Below, one piece after another: positions 37,469-47,707 of a stretch of 64,000 bases of DNA. The stretch comes from Nitrospirota bacterium (GTDB lineage: Bacteria > Nitrospirota > Thermodesulfovibrionia > Thermodesulfovibrionales > Dissulfurispiraceae), in the NCBI GenBank assembly GCA_963790025.1, contig CAWBMP010000003.1:212799-276798 (forward strand), in the 5' to 3' direction. The notes beneath the pieces were generated by a model. The model had not been told where the DNA came from, searched no databases, and worked only from the letters and a program-made list of their open reading frames with translations. The position numbers and the translations under genes are program-made. How positions within the stretch are numbered: position 1 is the first letter of the stretch; each line of letters starts with the position of its first letter.

Positions 37469-39448
37469 ATGAGACATGGATGGATACTATTATTCGTACT
37501 GGTTATACTCCTATCACTATGGCAGGAAGTCAAGGCAGAAGAAGTTGCCACACTTCAAGAAGTGGTTGTCACAGCCACAAGATATGATGAAAATACGGCC
37601 GATATCCCCGCCAACGTTTCGATCATAACAGAAAAAGACATTAAGGAGTCGAATGCTCAGAATATCCCCGATCTCCTGAGGAATCAGGTCGGAGTTCTGG
37701 TAAACGATATCACTGGAAGCGGGAGGTTCTACACGGTAGATCTTCGCGGTTTTGGCGAAACGGCCCCACTGAACACTCTGGTGCTTGTAGACGGCAGACG
37801 TATAAACCAGGCTGATCTAAGCGGAGTGGACTGGATGCTTATTCCACTGGAAGATGTAGAAAGGATCGAGATTGTTCGTGGCGCCCAAGGTAGTGTTCTT
37901 TATGGGGATAACGCTGCGGGCGGGGTCATCAACATCATCACTAAAGCAGGACTTGGCGGATTGAAAGCCGGGGCTAATCTAGCAGGAGGCAGCTATGGAA
38001 CCTTCAAGGCTGGTTCGTATGTTTCCGGGAATCTGAAGGACCTATCGCTGCGACTGTCAGGGAATTATCTTACATCCGACGGCTACAGGGACAACAGCAA
38101 AACCGACCATAAAGACACTGATTTTCATACTACCTATTCTGTTAAGGATTTCTTGAAGATAGACTTCAGCGGCGGATATCACTGGGACAATACGGGGCTT
38201 CCCGGGGCACTGACAGATAGTGATTTCGCAGCGGGATTTTCGAGAAAAGCTTCCCAATTCCCAAATGATTTTGCGAAGACTAGTGATTACTATCTTCGGC
38301 TTGTGCCAGAGTTGTATTTTTATGGTAGCGACATTTTCCGACTCGACGCATCTTTCAGAAGAAGGGATGCGCTTTCATTCAGTTCCGGAGACTGGGGGAA
38401 TTTCACAGGAGACAGTGTGATTAAGACTGCTAACGTTTCTCCTCAGGTCATTATAAAAAATACTTTAGGCTCTATGAAAAACAGCGTGACGGCGGGCATT
38501 GACTATCAAAGCGTAGACGAAAACGTCGTTGATGATTCAATCTTCTTCGGGTCGGAATCACTCGGGACCTTCAAGCTGACAGAGGATACTGTGGGGGGGT
38601 ACGTTCACGACGAGCTTGCCATCATCGATGGGTTGATCTTTTCCTCAGGATATAGGCATGAGATTGCGAACTACAGCTTCAACCCCAGCACACCTAGCAA
38701 TATCTCCATGTCGACAGACTCATATTCAGCAGGCATCAATTATACATACTCCAAGCAGTCCTATGTCTATGGAAGTTACTCAAAAAGTTTCAGGTTTCCG
38801 GTTCTTGACGAACTCTATAGCTACATTACCAATACGATAAATACCAACCTTCTCTCTCAGACAGCCGATAATTACGAGATCGGCATCAAACATTCTTTCA
38901 GCGATATATTCTCCGCACATTTAAATGTTTTCAAAATAGTTACAGATCGGGAGATTATTTACAATCCGGTGCTCTACGAGAATGAAAACCTGGATGGTAT
39001 CACTCACAGGGAAGGTGCAGAAATATCCTTTGAATCTAAAGCCACTAATTGGCTTGCGGTAAGGGGCGGATATACATTCTTGAGAGCTAAGATTGCAGGG
39101 GGCATGTTTGATGGAAGCAATGTTCCCAATGTCCCGATGCACAAGGCAACTATGGATTTGGTATGCCATGTCACAAAACAAGCGGACGCAATACTCAATG
39201 GAGTCTATATAGGGGAAAGGCCTTTTATCAGCGACTGGTCAAATAGCTTCAGTAATCAGGACGCGTATGTTCTTTTGAATGCAAAGTTCAATTATCGGTG
39301 GAAGTCTGTCAAGGCGTTTCTGAATATCAATAATCTGACAAACAAAAAATATTCTGAATACGGTGTCATAGGCGGGGTGCCTCTACAAAGGGCTTATTAT
39401 CCATCACCAACTAGGAATTTTCTGCTGGGTCTTTCTTTTGATCTCTAA
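37469..39448 (+). CDS. btuB: TonB-dependent receptor (BtuB-like)
   Basis: TonB box EVVVTATR, LVLVDG, VERIEIVRG..SVLYG.NA.GGVINIIT, NNLTNKKY. Confidence 0.85.
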   Translation: MRHGWILLFVLVILLSLWQEVKAEEVATLQEVVVTATRYDENTADIPANVSIITEKDIKESNAQNIPDLLRNQVGVLVNDITGSGRFYTVDLRGFGETAPLNTLVLVDGRRINQADLSGVDWMLIPLEDVERIEIVRGAQGSVLYGDNAAGGVINIITKAGLGGLKAGANLAGGSYGTFKAGSYVSGNLKDLSLRLSGNYLTSDGYRDNSKTDHKDTDFHTTYSVKDFLKIDFSGGYHWDNTGLPGALTDSDFAAGFSRKASQFPNDFAKTSDYYLRLVPELYFYGSDIFRLDASFRRRDALSFSSGDWGNFTGDSVIKTANVSPQVIIKNTLGSMKNSVTAGIDYQSVDENVVDDSIFFGSESLGTFKLTEDTVGGYVHDELAIIDGLIFSSGYRHEIANYSFNPSTPSNISMSTDSYSAGINYTYSKQSYVYGSYSKSFRFPVLDELYSYITNTINTNLLSQTADNYEIGIKHSFSDIFSAHLNVFKIVTDREIIYNPVLYENENLDGITHREGAEISFESKATNWLAVRGGYTFLRAKIAGGMFDGSNVPNVPMHKATMDLVCHVTKQADAILNGVYIGERPFISDWSNSFSNQDAYVLLNAKFNYRWKSVKAFLNINNLTNKKYSEYGVIGGVPLQRAYYPSPTRNFLLGLSFDL

Positions 39449-39928
39449 AAAAAGGGCAGGTTATTAACAGGAGGTTAATTATGTGCTGGAAAATGCCTTT
39501 GGCTTCTAATCTGGTTGTAATTCAGAACAACGGTAAATTCTGCCCATTTGCGCTGAAAGAGGATGTACCTGAAGGGACTGTCCCCGAGTTTTGGGACTCC
39601 AGTCAGCGGTTTGTTCCGCATGTTTGGGTAAAGAGACCCAGCTTCAATTAATCCTAACTTGTTTCCCGGCATGCCTTTCGACAGCGTTCATTTCCAGTCG
39701 AACTGTCGAGAAAGTTGCGCCTTTCTGAAACTATCGATTGGTCGGTGAAACGAAGGACCGGAAAAAGTCGCCTTTCTCGCTTAATTCTTGGTTTTATCGA
39801 GAACCTACCTCTGAGAAATCTCGGTTGAAAGTGGGTGTGACAATCGTTGAGGCTGACCTTTCGACTTTTTGTGAGCATCCGTGCGTTTCAGAAGAGTACA
39901 GGGTGCTCCCCTCTTTCTGCTATTGATT

Positions 39929-39955
39929 AGCCTGCCCCTGCCGGTCCCTTCCTTA
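39929..39955 (-). repeat. Right 27-bp terminal inverted repeat of the cobalamin module; overlaps the hypF stop codon
   Basis: AGCCTGCCCCTGCCGGTCCCTTCCTTA. Confidence 0.9.
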
Positions 39956-42352
39956 ATCAGACAGCGGCAGCCCCGCCTTCAGCCTCTCTCTTAGCAGGAA
40001 CGCCTGCCCCAAAGATATGCATGCGTCATTACAGGGCACATTAATATTTGTCAGCACATTGAACCCCTGCGACACTAGCCTGTCATAAGTTCTCTCCAAT
40101 ATATAGGAGTTCTGAAAAACACCGCCGCTCAAAGCCACATTCCTGATTCCGCATTCACCGCTGATACGCGCAACAACTGTCGCAATGACTTCAATCACAG
40201 TATTATGAAATCTGGCAGCTATCCGACCTTTTAATTCTCCTCGTTTTATGTCTTCAATTATCTGAAGGACAGTCTTGGAGAAATCGATACTTGAAGGCCC
40301 TTCACCCTCCACAGTAAAGGGATAACTGTCAGAAACACCTTCTTCAATCTCATTTTCCAGCGCTATGGCTGCTTCACCTTCAAAAGTATTCCTGTCACTG
40401 ACACCTGCAAGCGCCGATACCGCATCAAAAAGTCTGCCGGCGCCTGATGATAGCGGCGAAAAGTTCCGGTTGCCGGTCAGCTTAACAATGGCATCGAGCC
40501 GCTGCAGCCCGTATCTATCGATGAAACCGATATCATTGAGAGATTCCATAACAGCAGCTTTAAGGGTTACAGGGTCGTTCAGACAGCGGCCAAATGCCGT
40601 GACAATCGCGCCGATTGCGCTTCTCCAGCATTGCTTGATTGCCATTTCTCCTCCCGGCAAGGGAATATAGCCGAAATGCGCAGCCCTCACAAAACCATCT
40701 TTACCGCATAAAAGGAATTCTCCGCCCCAGAGATTCCCGTCCGTCCCATATCCCGTTCCGTCCAGTGCAATACCAATGACCCTCTCTTTGAGGCCGCTTT
40801 CAGCAAGTATAGCTGCTATATGAGCATAGTGGTGCTGCACGGCATATCCCTTAATTTTTTGCCGCCTCATTTGCTCCAACGCCCATTGTGACGACAAATA
40901 ACCCGGGTGCAGGTCATAGGCAACGGCAACAGGTTGCGACCGGTATACCTGCTTCAGGTTTGTAAGGGTCTCCTCAAAGAAACGCAGCGTTTCGAGGTTT
41001 TCCATATCGCCTATATGCTGGCTTGTTACTGCGTAATTGCCTTTCGTCAGAGTAAAACTGTTCTTTACATCAGCCCCGCATCCGAGCACATCCGGGCCTT
41101 CTTCTTCAAGCAAAACGGGTTGGGGGGCATATCCCCTGGAGCGGCGGATAAAAAAGAATGCAGGACGCCTATAGCCTGCCTTTATCACCGAATCGTCGAC
41201 TCTCATAAAGATGCCTCTGTTATGGAAAAGAAATGCGTCGGCAATGCCGGAAAGCTTGTCCAAGGCTTCGTTGTTATCGATAACGATAGGTTCCTCCGAA
41301 ATGTTTCCGCTCGTCATCACTAATGCGTCAAAGTGAGGAGAAAAAATAGGAGCTGTCCCTATTTTTTCTACAGGCTGATAAAACAAAAGATAGTGAAGCG
41401 GGGTATAGGGCAGCATAAACCCGATATATTTATTTTTCGGTGCAACGCCCCCCGAAAGCCCTTCAGCTGATGTTTCCTGCCTCACGTCCTTTTTTTTCAG
41501 AAGTACTATTGGCCTTCTCATGTCCTTCAACAGCACTTCTTCCTCTTTGGACATTTCGCAGAATTTACGGATAGCAGTGCAGTCGGGGGCCATTAAGGCG
41601 AAAGGTTTGTTGCTCTTCCTCTTTTTATCTCTAAGCAATGCGACTGCCTGTTCATTCGATGCATCGCAGCAGAGATGGAAACCCCCGAGTCCCTTGACCG
41701 CTACAATTGCTCCTTGCCTCAGGAGAGCAATCGTTCCTGATATCGGATTCCCGGCCCTGGCGGCCGCTATATCCACGAACTGCGGATTGCTTACTGTAAG
41801 AGATACCTGTGGTCCGCATATCGGGCAGGCATTAGGCTGGGCATGAAACCTGCGATTCGCGGGGTCATTGTACTCGCTCAGGCATTGAGGGCACATCTTG
41901 AATTCCGCCATAGTCGTATTAGGCCGGTCATACGGCACTCTTTGGGTGATAGAATATCTCGGACCGCAATTTGTGCAGTTGATGAACGGATACAGATGGC
42001 GCCTGTCAAGCGGGTCGAACAATTCTTTCAGGCATGCGTCGCATACGGAGACATCGGGAGAAACGAGTGTGAAACCGCCTCCATCAACGCTGCTGATAAT
42101 GACGAAATCATCGTAGCCTTTTGCCGGGAGTTCCTGAACATCGATACTGTCGATCTTTGACAGCGGTGGTTGCAGTCGCTGAAGGGCATCTATAAATTCA
42201 GCGCTGTTGCAGCCTTCAGCCTCAATCACAACCCCGCCTGACGTATTTTTTATATATCCCTTGATGCCCAAATCTTTTGCTAGATTAAAAACAAAGGGCC
42301 TGAAGCCCACGCCCTGGACGATGCCTTTAACGGATAGAAGGAAACACTTCAT
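39953..42352 (-). CDS. hypF: Hydrogenase maturation carbamoyltransferase HypF
   Basis: GIVQGVGFRPF, CXXC zinc fingers, RRFHAQP, KGLGGFHL, QHHYAH, DGTGYG. Confidence 0.97.
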   Translation of the reverse strand: MKCFLLSVKGIVQGVGFRPFVFNLAKDLGIKGYIKNTSGGVVIEAEGCNSAEFIDALQRLQPPLSKIDSIDVQELPAKGYDDFVIISSVDGGGFTLVSPDVSVCDACLKELFDPLDRRHLYPFINCTNCGPRYSITQRVPYDRPNTTMAEFKMCPQCLSEYNDPANRRFHAQPNACPICGPQVSLTVSNPQFVDIAAARAGNPISGTIALLRQGAIVAVKGLGGFHLCCDASNEQAVALLRDKKRKSNKPFALMAPDCTAIRKFCEMSKEEEVLLKDMRRPIVLLKKKDVRQETSAEGLSGGVAPKNKYIGFMLPYTPLHYLLFYQPVEKIGTAPIFSPHFDALVMTSGNISEEPIVIDNNEALDKLSGIADAFLFHNRGIFMRVDDSVIKAGYRRPAFFFIRRSRGYAPQPVLLEEEGPDVLGCGADVKNSFTLTKGNYAVTSQHIGDMENLETLRFFEETLTNLKQVYRSQPVAVAYDLHPGYLSSQWALEQMRRQKIKGYAVQHHYAHIAAILAESGLKERVIGIALDGTGYGTDGNLWGGEFLLCGKDGFVRAAHFGYIPLPGGEMAIKQCWRSAIGAIVTAFGRCLNDPVTLKAAVMESLNDIGFIDRYGLQRLDAIVKLTGNRNFSPLSSGAGRLFDAVSALAGVSDRNTFEGEAAIALENEIEEGVSDSYPFTVEGEGPSSIDFSKTVLQIIEDIKRGELKGRIAARFHNTVIEVIATVVARISGECGIRNVALSGGVFQNSYILERTYDRLVSQGFNVLTNINVPCNDACISLGQAFLLRERLKAGLPLSD

Positions 42353-42945
42353 CAAATAAATAATTTCATTTGGCGGACAGGTGCGTAGGTCCTGCGGTGA
42401 ATCAGACAGGGGCCATGTTTGTGTAACGCTTCCATGTGCTCCCTTGTGAAATATCCTTTGTGTACATCAAAGCCATACTCCGGATATAGCCGATGGTATT
42501 CAAGCATCGCATGGTCCCTCGCAACTTTTGCAAGTATTGAGGCCGCACTTATTGCGGGGACTCTGTCGTCACCCTTTACAATCGCCTCTATCGGGATATC
42601 AAGAATGGGAGCATGGTTCCCATCAACCAAGACCTTTTGAGGCCTGATCTCCAAACCTTCCACAGCACGTTTCATGGCAAGGAGGGTGGCATGAAGAACA
42701 TTAAGTCTTTCGATTTCTTCCAGACTGGCCTTGCTTATGCACCAGCTCAGTGCGTAAAGCTTTATTTCTTCACTCAGTGCCTCGCGCCTGCCGGCTGTCA
42801 ATTTCTTTGAATCGGCAAGTCCTTCAATGGGACGATCCGGATTCAGGATCACCGCGCCGACATAGACTTCGGCTGCCCCGGATCCACGCCCCGCCTCGTC
42901 TACTCCTGCTATCCTAACCGCCGCATCAACGGCATAAGGATCCAT
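42352..42945 (-). CDS. rnhB: Ribonuclease HII
   Basis: AGVDEAGRG, DSKKL, VDGN, KGD, SAASILAKVARD, HKGY. Confidence 0.95.
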   Translation of the reverse strand: MDPYAVDAAVRIAGVDEAGRGSGAAEVYVGAVILNPDRPIEGLADSKKLTAGRREALSEEIKLYALSWCISKASLEEIERLNVLHATLLAMKRAVEGLEIRPQKVLVDGNHAPILDIPIEAIVKGDDRVPAISAASILAKVARDHAMLEYHRLYPEYGFDVHKGYFTREHMEALHKHGPCLIHRRTYAPVRQMKLFI

Positions 42946-42952
42946 GAAAGCG

Positions 42953-43303
42953 CTATTTTGCTTCCCTGGATTTTTCCCTGATTTTTGCCTCTTTGCCCTT
43001 TTTGTCCCTGATGTAGTAAAGTTTTGCCTTCCTTATACGGCCCCGTTTTATGGTCTCTATCTTGTCTATGGAAGGCGAATGCACAGGGAATATCCTTTCT
43101 ACTCCTACACCGAAAGACATCTTCCGCACCATAAAGGTTTCCCTTACACCGCTGCCTTTGCGGGCGATTACTGTTCCCTCAAATGGCTGGAGCCGCTCTT
43201 TGTCACCTTCTACGACCTTGACATATATCCTGACGGTGTCCCCTATATTAAAATCCGGGACCTCCTTCCTGAAACCTTCCTCAACTGCATGTATCTGATT
43301 CAT
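42953..43303 (-). CDS. rplS: 50S ribosomal protein L19
   Basis: [25 protein letters not shown]. Confidence 0.97.
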   Translation of the reverse strand: MNQIHAVEEGFRKEVPDFNIGDTVRIYVKVVEGDKERLQPFEGTVIARKGSGVRETFMVRKMSFGVGVERIFPVHSPSIDKIETIKRGRIRKAKLYYIRDKKGKEAKIREKSREAK

Positions 43304-44069
43304 CTTCTTCCTCCCTGTCTTTGACCACGTATCTATCTGAGCAAAGCTCCTTTAAAGTCTCCTCGTCTTCACGGTCCAAACACGCCTTTTTCAGCAGGTC
43401 GGGTCTCTTGAGCAACGTTTTTCTTATCGCTTCCCTTCTCCTGCTCCTGCAGATTTCCTTATGGTTGCCCGAAAGCAGCACATCAGGGACCCTCATGCCC
43501 ATAAACTCGGGAGGCCTGGTATAATGCGGGTAATCCAGAAGCCCCCACGAAAAAGATTCATCTTTTGCTGAATACTCGTCGCCAAGCACACCAGGGACAA
43601 GACGTGCGATGCTGTCTATTATAACCAATGCGGCCAGCTCTCCTCCAGTTAAAACATAATCGCCAATGGAAAACTCTTCATCAACCAGGGATTCCCGGAC
43701 CCGTTCATCGATTCCTTCATATCTGCCGCATATTAAAACAATCCTCCTGGACTCCTGCGCCAGTAATTCTGCCGTCTTCTGAGTGTACGGCCTGCCTTGA
43801 GGGCTCATAAGAACGGTCAGCCGCTCCAGGCCGTCAGCCTTGATCGACTTCAATGCGTTGTATATCGGCTCTATCTTTAAAACCATGCCTGAGCCGCCCC
43901 CATAAGGGTAATCATCGACCGCTCTGTGCTTGTCGATAGTAAAATCCCTGAGGTTGAAAAGTCTTACGTCGACCAACCCCTTTTGTATCGCCCGTTTAAG
44001 AATGCTTTCCCCCACGTAGGCGGAAAACATTTCCGGAAAGATTGTAATTATATCAAATCCCGCACTCAT
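43281..44069 (-). CDS. trmD: tRNA (guanine-N1)-methyltransferase
   Basis: Start [41 protein letters not shown]. Confidence 0.97.
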   Translation of the reverse strand: MSAGFDIITIFPEMFSAYVGESILKRAIQKGLVDVRLFNLRDFTIDKHRAVDDYPYGGGSGMVLKIEPIYNALKSIKADGLERLTVLMSPQGRPYTQKTAELLAQESRRIVLICGRYEGIDERVRESLVDEEFSIGDYVLTGGELAALVIIDSIARLVPGVLGDEYSAKDESFSWGLLDYPHYTRPPEFMGMRVPDVLLSGNHKEICRSRRREAIRKTLLKRPDLLKKACLDREDEETLKELCSDRYVVKDREEEDESDTCS

Positions 44070-44075
44070 TTTAAA

Positions 44076-44215
44076 AAGGTAAAGGTAAAGGTAGAGGTAA
44101 AGGTATAGGAAAGGGTGAAGGCAGAGGTAAAGGGAAAAGTCAAGGCAAAGAAAACACAACACAGAATTTAGTCGTTCTAATCTTTAATCTTTACCTCAAC
44201 CTTTACCTCTGCCTT
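44076..44215. repeat. Hexamer (AGGTAA-like) array with 16-bp inverted repeat
   Basis: AAGGCAGAGGTAAAGG 44118-44133 / CCTTTACCTCTGCCTT 44200-44215. Confidence 0.8.
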
Positions 44216-44218
44216 GTT

Positions 44219-44449
44219 TTATTCTAATATCTCAAGGACACATCTTTTTCCTATCTTTGTCCCCGAAGCCCCCAGGATTGTTCTCATTGCACGCGCCGTT
44301 TTTCCCTGTTTACCGATTACCTTGCCAAGATCGGACTGAAACACCCTTAGCTCATATACCGTGGTCTTCTCACCCTCAATTTCAGTCACTTTTACTTCTT
44401 CAGGTTTATCAACCAGTGCTTTAGCCATCGTCTCAATCAATGTCTTCAT
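44219..44449 (-). CDS. khpA: KH-domain RNA-binding protein
   Basis: [19 protein letters not shown]. Confidence 0.95.
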   Translation of the reverse strand: MKTLIETMAKALVDKPEEVKVTEIEGEKTTVYELRVFQSDLGKVIGKQGKTARAMRTILGASGTKIGKRCVLEILE

Positions 44450-44514
44450 CTCTCTCCACCTCCGTATTAGTTTCGCACTGCCCCAAAAAACATTGATTCT
44501 GGTAAACTATGGTG

Positions 44515-44751
44515 TTACATGCCGGCTCTTTGCAAAAGTTTCCTCACGGTATCAGTAGGCTGTGCGCCCTGTTCAATCCAGTGTTTCGCACGCTCAAGAC
44601 TGACCTTGATTTCCGACGGCTCTTTCTTTGGATCATAGGTACCCAAGACTTCGACAAAAGGTCCGTCTCTTCTTGCCCTCGAATCAGCTACTATAATTCT
44701 ATAAAATGGTTTTTTATGTGCCCCCAACCTTGTCAACCGTATCTTAACCAA
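44515..44751 (-). CDS. rpsP: 30S ribosomal protein S16
   Basis: [28 protein letters not shown]. Confidence 0.97.
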   Translation of the reverse strand: MVKIRLTRLGAHKKPFYRIIVADSRARRDGPFVEVLGTYDPKKEPSEIKVSLERAKHWIEQGAQPTDTVRKLLQRAGM

Positions 44752-44999
44752 ATTCCACCTCCAAAATTAATAGACACTCTAAGTTATATTCTACCTTTTT
44801 AAAGACAAAGGAGCAAACTCTCTTGTTTCAAAGGAACAAAAGAAAACTGATTAGTTTACTATATACAAGTCCATGTATGCAAGGCGAAAATTAAATGGAC
44901 AGCCCAAATTCGGATCATGGCAAGTGTAATGACGGATGTGTTTCTGAAGCGTATGAGCGTAAGAGACACATCCGTCATTACATTGTCCTATTACAGTTA

Positions 45000-46322
45000 T
45001 TATAAAGAAAAGCCCTTGGGCAATCGGAACCCTTTTTTCCCTTTAAACATTTTCATCATCTTCTTCATCTCGAGGTATTGCTTGATCAGGCGGTTGACAT
45101 CTGCGGCGGTTGTACCGCTGCCCATGGCGATCCGCTTTCTCCTGCTGCCGTTCATGATGTTATGGTTGCGTCGCTCCTGCGGAGTCATTGAATTGATAAT
45201 GGCCTCTATTTTGACAAACTCCTTCTCATCGACTTTCACATCTTTCATCGCCTTGCCCATGCCCGGGATCATGCCGAGAAGGTTTTCGAGCGGTCCCATG
45301 TTTCGCATTTTTTTGAGCTGGTCCCTGAGGTCTTCAAAAGTGAAGCTTTCCTCCATTATTTTTTTCTGGAGTTTTTCGGCCTCTTTTTGGTCGAATGACT
45401 GCTGGGCCTGTTCTATAAGGGTAAGCACGTCACCCATGCCGAGTATCCTGCTGGCAATCCGGTCAGGATAGAACGGCTCAAGCATATCTATTTTCTCACC
45501 GGCGCCGATAAATTTAATCGGCTTGCCGGTCACGCTCCTGATGGAAAGCGCGGCGCCGCCCCTGGCATCACCGTCCATTTTTGTGAGAATAATACCGTCT
45601 ATCCCGATCTTCTCACTGAAACTCTTTGCCATGTTAACAGCATCCTGACCGGTCATGGCATCTGCAACAAGAAGTACTTCCCGCGGATGGACAGCGCCTT
45701 TTATCCGCAGCAATTCGTTCATCAAGTCCTCATTGATGTGCAATCTGCCGGCGGTATCGAGGATCACAATGTCCCTGCCCTCCAGTTTTGCCTTTTTGAC
45801 CGCATCTTCGCTGACAATAACAGGGTCTTTGATTTCCTTGACGGCAAAAACAGGGACATCAATCTGCCTGCCGAGTGTTACGAGCTGGTCAATTGCAGCA
45901 GGCCTCTGGAGGTCCGCAGCAACAAGCATCGGCCTCCTGCCCTCTTTTTTAAAAAACCGGGCAAGCTTGGCTGCTGTTGTTGTCTTGCCCGAACCCTGAA
46001 GGCCGATCATCATCACTATGGTTGGGGGATTCGGAGCAAGTAATATACGGCTATTGGAAGCGCCGAGGAGTTCGCAGAGAGAGTCATGCACTATTTTGAT
46101 TACCTGCTGTCCGGGCGAGAGGCTTTCAAGTACCTCTTTTCCTACGGCCCTCTCGCGTATGTGCTGGATAAAATCCTTAACAACCTTGAAATTCACATCG
46201 GCTTCGAGCAGGGCAAGACGAATTTCCTTGAGCGCCGCATCAACATCTTCTTCTTTAAGAAGTCCTCTGCCTTTTAATTTATTGAATATGGAATCAAGTT
46301 TTTCGCTCAGCGATTCGAACAT
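45000..46322 (-). CDS. ffh: Signal recognition particle protein
   Basis: [29 protein letters not shown] domain. Confidence 0.98.
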   Translation of the reverse strand: MFESLSEKLDSIFNKLKGRGLLKEEDVDAALKEIRLALLEADVNFKVVKDFIQHIRERAVGKEVLESLSPGQQVIKIVHDSLCELLGASNSRILLAPNPPTIVMMIGLQGSGKTTTAAKLARFFKKEGRRPMLVAADLQRPAAIDQLVTLGRQIDVPVFAVKEIKDPVIVSEDAVKKAKLEGRDIVILDTAGRLHINEDLMNELLRIKGAVHPREVLLVADAMTGQDAVNMAKSFSEKIGIDGIILTKMDGDARGGAALSIRSVTGKPIKFIGAGEKIDMLEPFYPDRIASRILGMGDVLTLIEQAQQSFDQKEAEKLQKKIMEESFTFEDLRDQLKKMRNMGPLENLLGMIPGMGKAMKDVKVDEKEFVKIEAIINSMTPQERRNHNIMNGSRRKRIAMGSGTTAADVNRLIKQYLEMKKMMKMFKGKKGFRLPKGFSL

Positions 46323-46378
46323 TCCAGGTTCCGCCTATTTTAAAAATTTACGTATCATGACTCAAACCTCCAACTTCT

Positions 46379-46891
46379 TTACAAAAGAGGTTCTATCTCT
46401 TTGGAGAGGGTGTCAGTGAAGTCGGGACTCAGCCCTATATGCCTGTTTCTGATCTTCCCCTGCTTATCTATAATAAAGCTTGTCGGAATACTGATCACCT
46501 GATATTGACTGCTCACCTTGCCGTCGTTAAGCAGCACCGGATAATGTATATCGAACTCTTTTACAAAATTGCCCACTGCCGACACGGCAGTGGGTCCTTC
46601 GTCTATTGCTATGGCCAGCACCACAAAACCTTTATCCTTGTATTTTTCATAAACAGATCTTATCTTCGGCGCCGCCTCCTGACACGGAGGACACCATGAC
46701 GCAAAAAATTCGACCATGACTACTTTGCCCATGTAATCATTAAGGCCTGCCCTGTCACCTTTTAAAGATGAAAGAATAAAGGAAGGAGCAGCATCGTTAC
46801 TGCTGACAGCCGCTTCCTTTTCTTTCCTTGAGCAAGATAAAAAAGATGCAACTGCAAGTAATACTAAAACAAAATAAAACCCCTTTTTCAT
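46379..46891 (-). CDS. TlpA/ResA-like thiol-disulfide reductase lipoprotein
   Basis: Lipobox FLSC; FFASWCPPC; IPTSFIIDKQG. Confidence 0.9.
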   Translation of the reverse strand: MKKGFYFVLVLLAVASFLSCSRKEKEAAVSSNDAAPSFILSSLKGDRAGLNDYMGKVVMVEFFASWCPPCQEAAPKIRSVYEKYKDKGFVVLAIAIDEGPTAVSAVGNFVKEFDIHYPVLLNDGKVSSQYQVISIPTSFIIDKQGKIRNRHIGLSPDFTDTLSKEIEPLL

Positions 46892-47223
46892 TAACTTGCA
46901 ATAAGGGAGTCTATTTTCGCTTTAAGCTGGGGCTTGGGTACAGCTCCCACCACCTGGTCAACTTTCTGGCCGTCTTTGAAAAACATGATTGTAGGGATAC
47001 CCATTATCTTGTACTTACTCGCCACTTCAGGGTTTTCATCGGTATTCAACTTCCCCACTTTTACCTTGCCCGCATATTCCTTTGCCAATTCTTCAACTGC
47101 CGGAGCTATCATCCTGCATGGGCCGCACCATACCGCCCAGAAATCAACCATCACCAGACCGCTAGACTGCACAACTTCTTTGTCCCACACCGCACTTGTA
47201 AGATCCACAATTCCTTCAGCCAT
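46891..47223 (-). CDS. trxA: Thioredoxin
   Basis: DFWAVWCGPC, IMGIPT. Confidence 0.97.
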   Translation of the reverse strand: MAEGIVDLTSAVWDKEVVQSSGLVMVDFWAVWCGPCRMIAPAVEELAKEYAGKVKVGKLNTDENPEVASKYKIMGIPTIMFFKDGQKVDQVVGAVPKPQLKAKIDSLIAS

Positions 47224-47707
47224 AAATCCTCCTGCTTTTTAGGGTAAAATCTAAAAAATCCGTCAAGGTAATTATAGTTTTAAAAACAGTTCATTGTCAA
47301 TTTTACAGGCAAAAATCTACCTTAGGGCATATCGACCTTTATTGCTACTGATATATTGACCTCCCGCAGGTGTTCGTTGTTTAAACTTAGTATAGCAGGT
47401 TTCTAATGCCTTTCTTCTCAATCATCTTGCTCGTGCCCTGTATTTGTCTGCGTACAACTTTTTTATACTGGATGTGCTAAAGCATGGATCGACCCGTCAA
47501 AAAAAAATTCACGGACTATACGTCACATTGGTAAAGAAGATTTTATGCTTGCCAGTAAAAAGATTCAGTTACCTTGAAAAAATAAAATAACTTTGCCATT
47601 ATTTTTACCCGTTACACCTGAAAATCATATAGAGGGCACCTCCTGAGCATATCTTTTTTGAGGTATGCTCAAGGAAAGAGACCAATCTAACCTTTGGGAG
47701 GTGCCGT

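Noticed and set aside
39953..42352. Hydrogenase gene cluster
   Set aside because: Only hypF is present; a stand-alone hypF is not unusual
44069..44162. YL-repeat N-terminal extension of TrmD
   Set aside because: It is a translation of the hexamer repeat; the conserved start is MSAGFDII
44076..44215. CRISPR array here or at 60743-60829
   Set aside because: Units are 6-7 nt and degenerate, there are no unique spacers, and there are no cas genes
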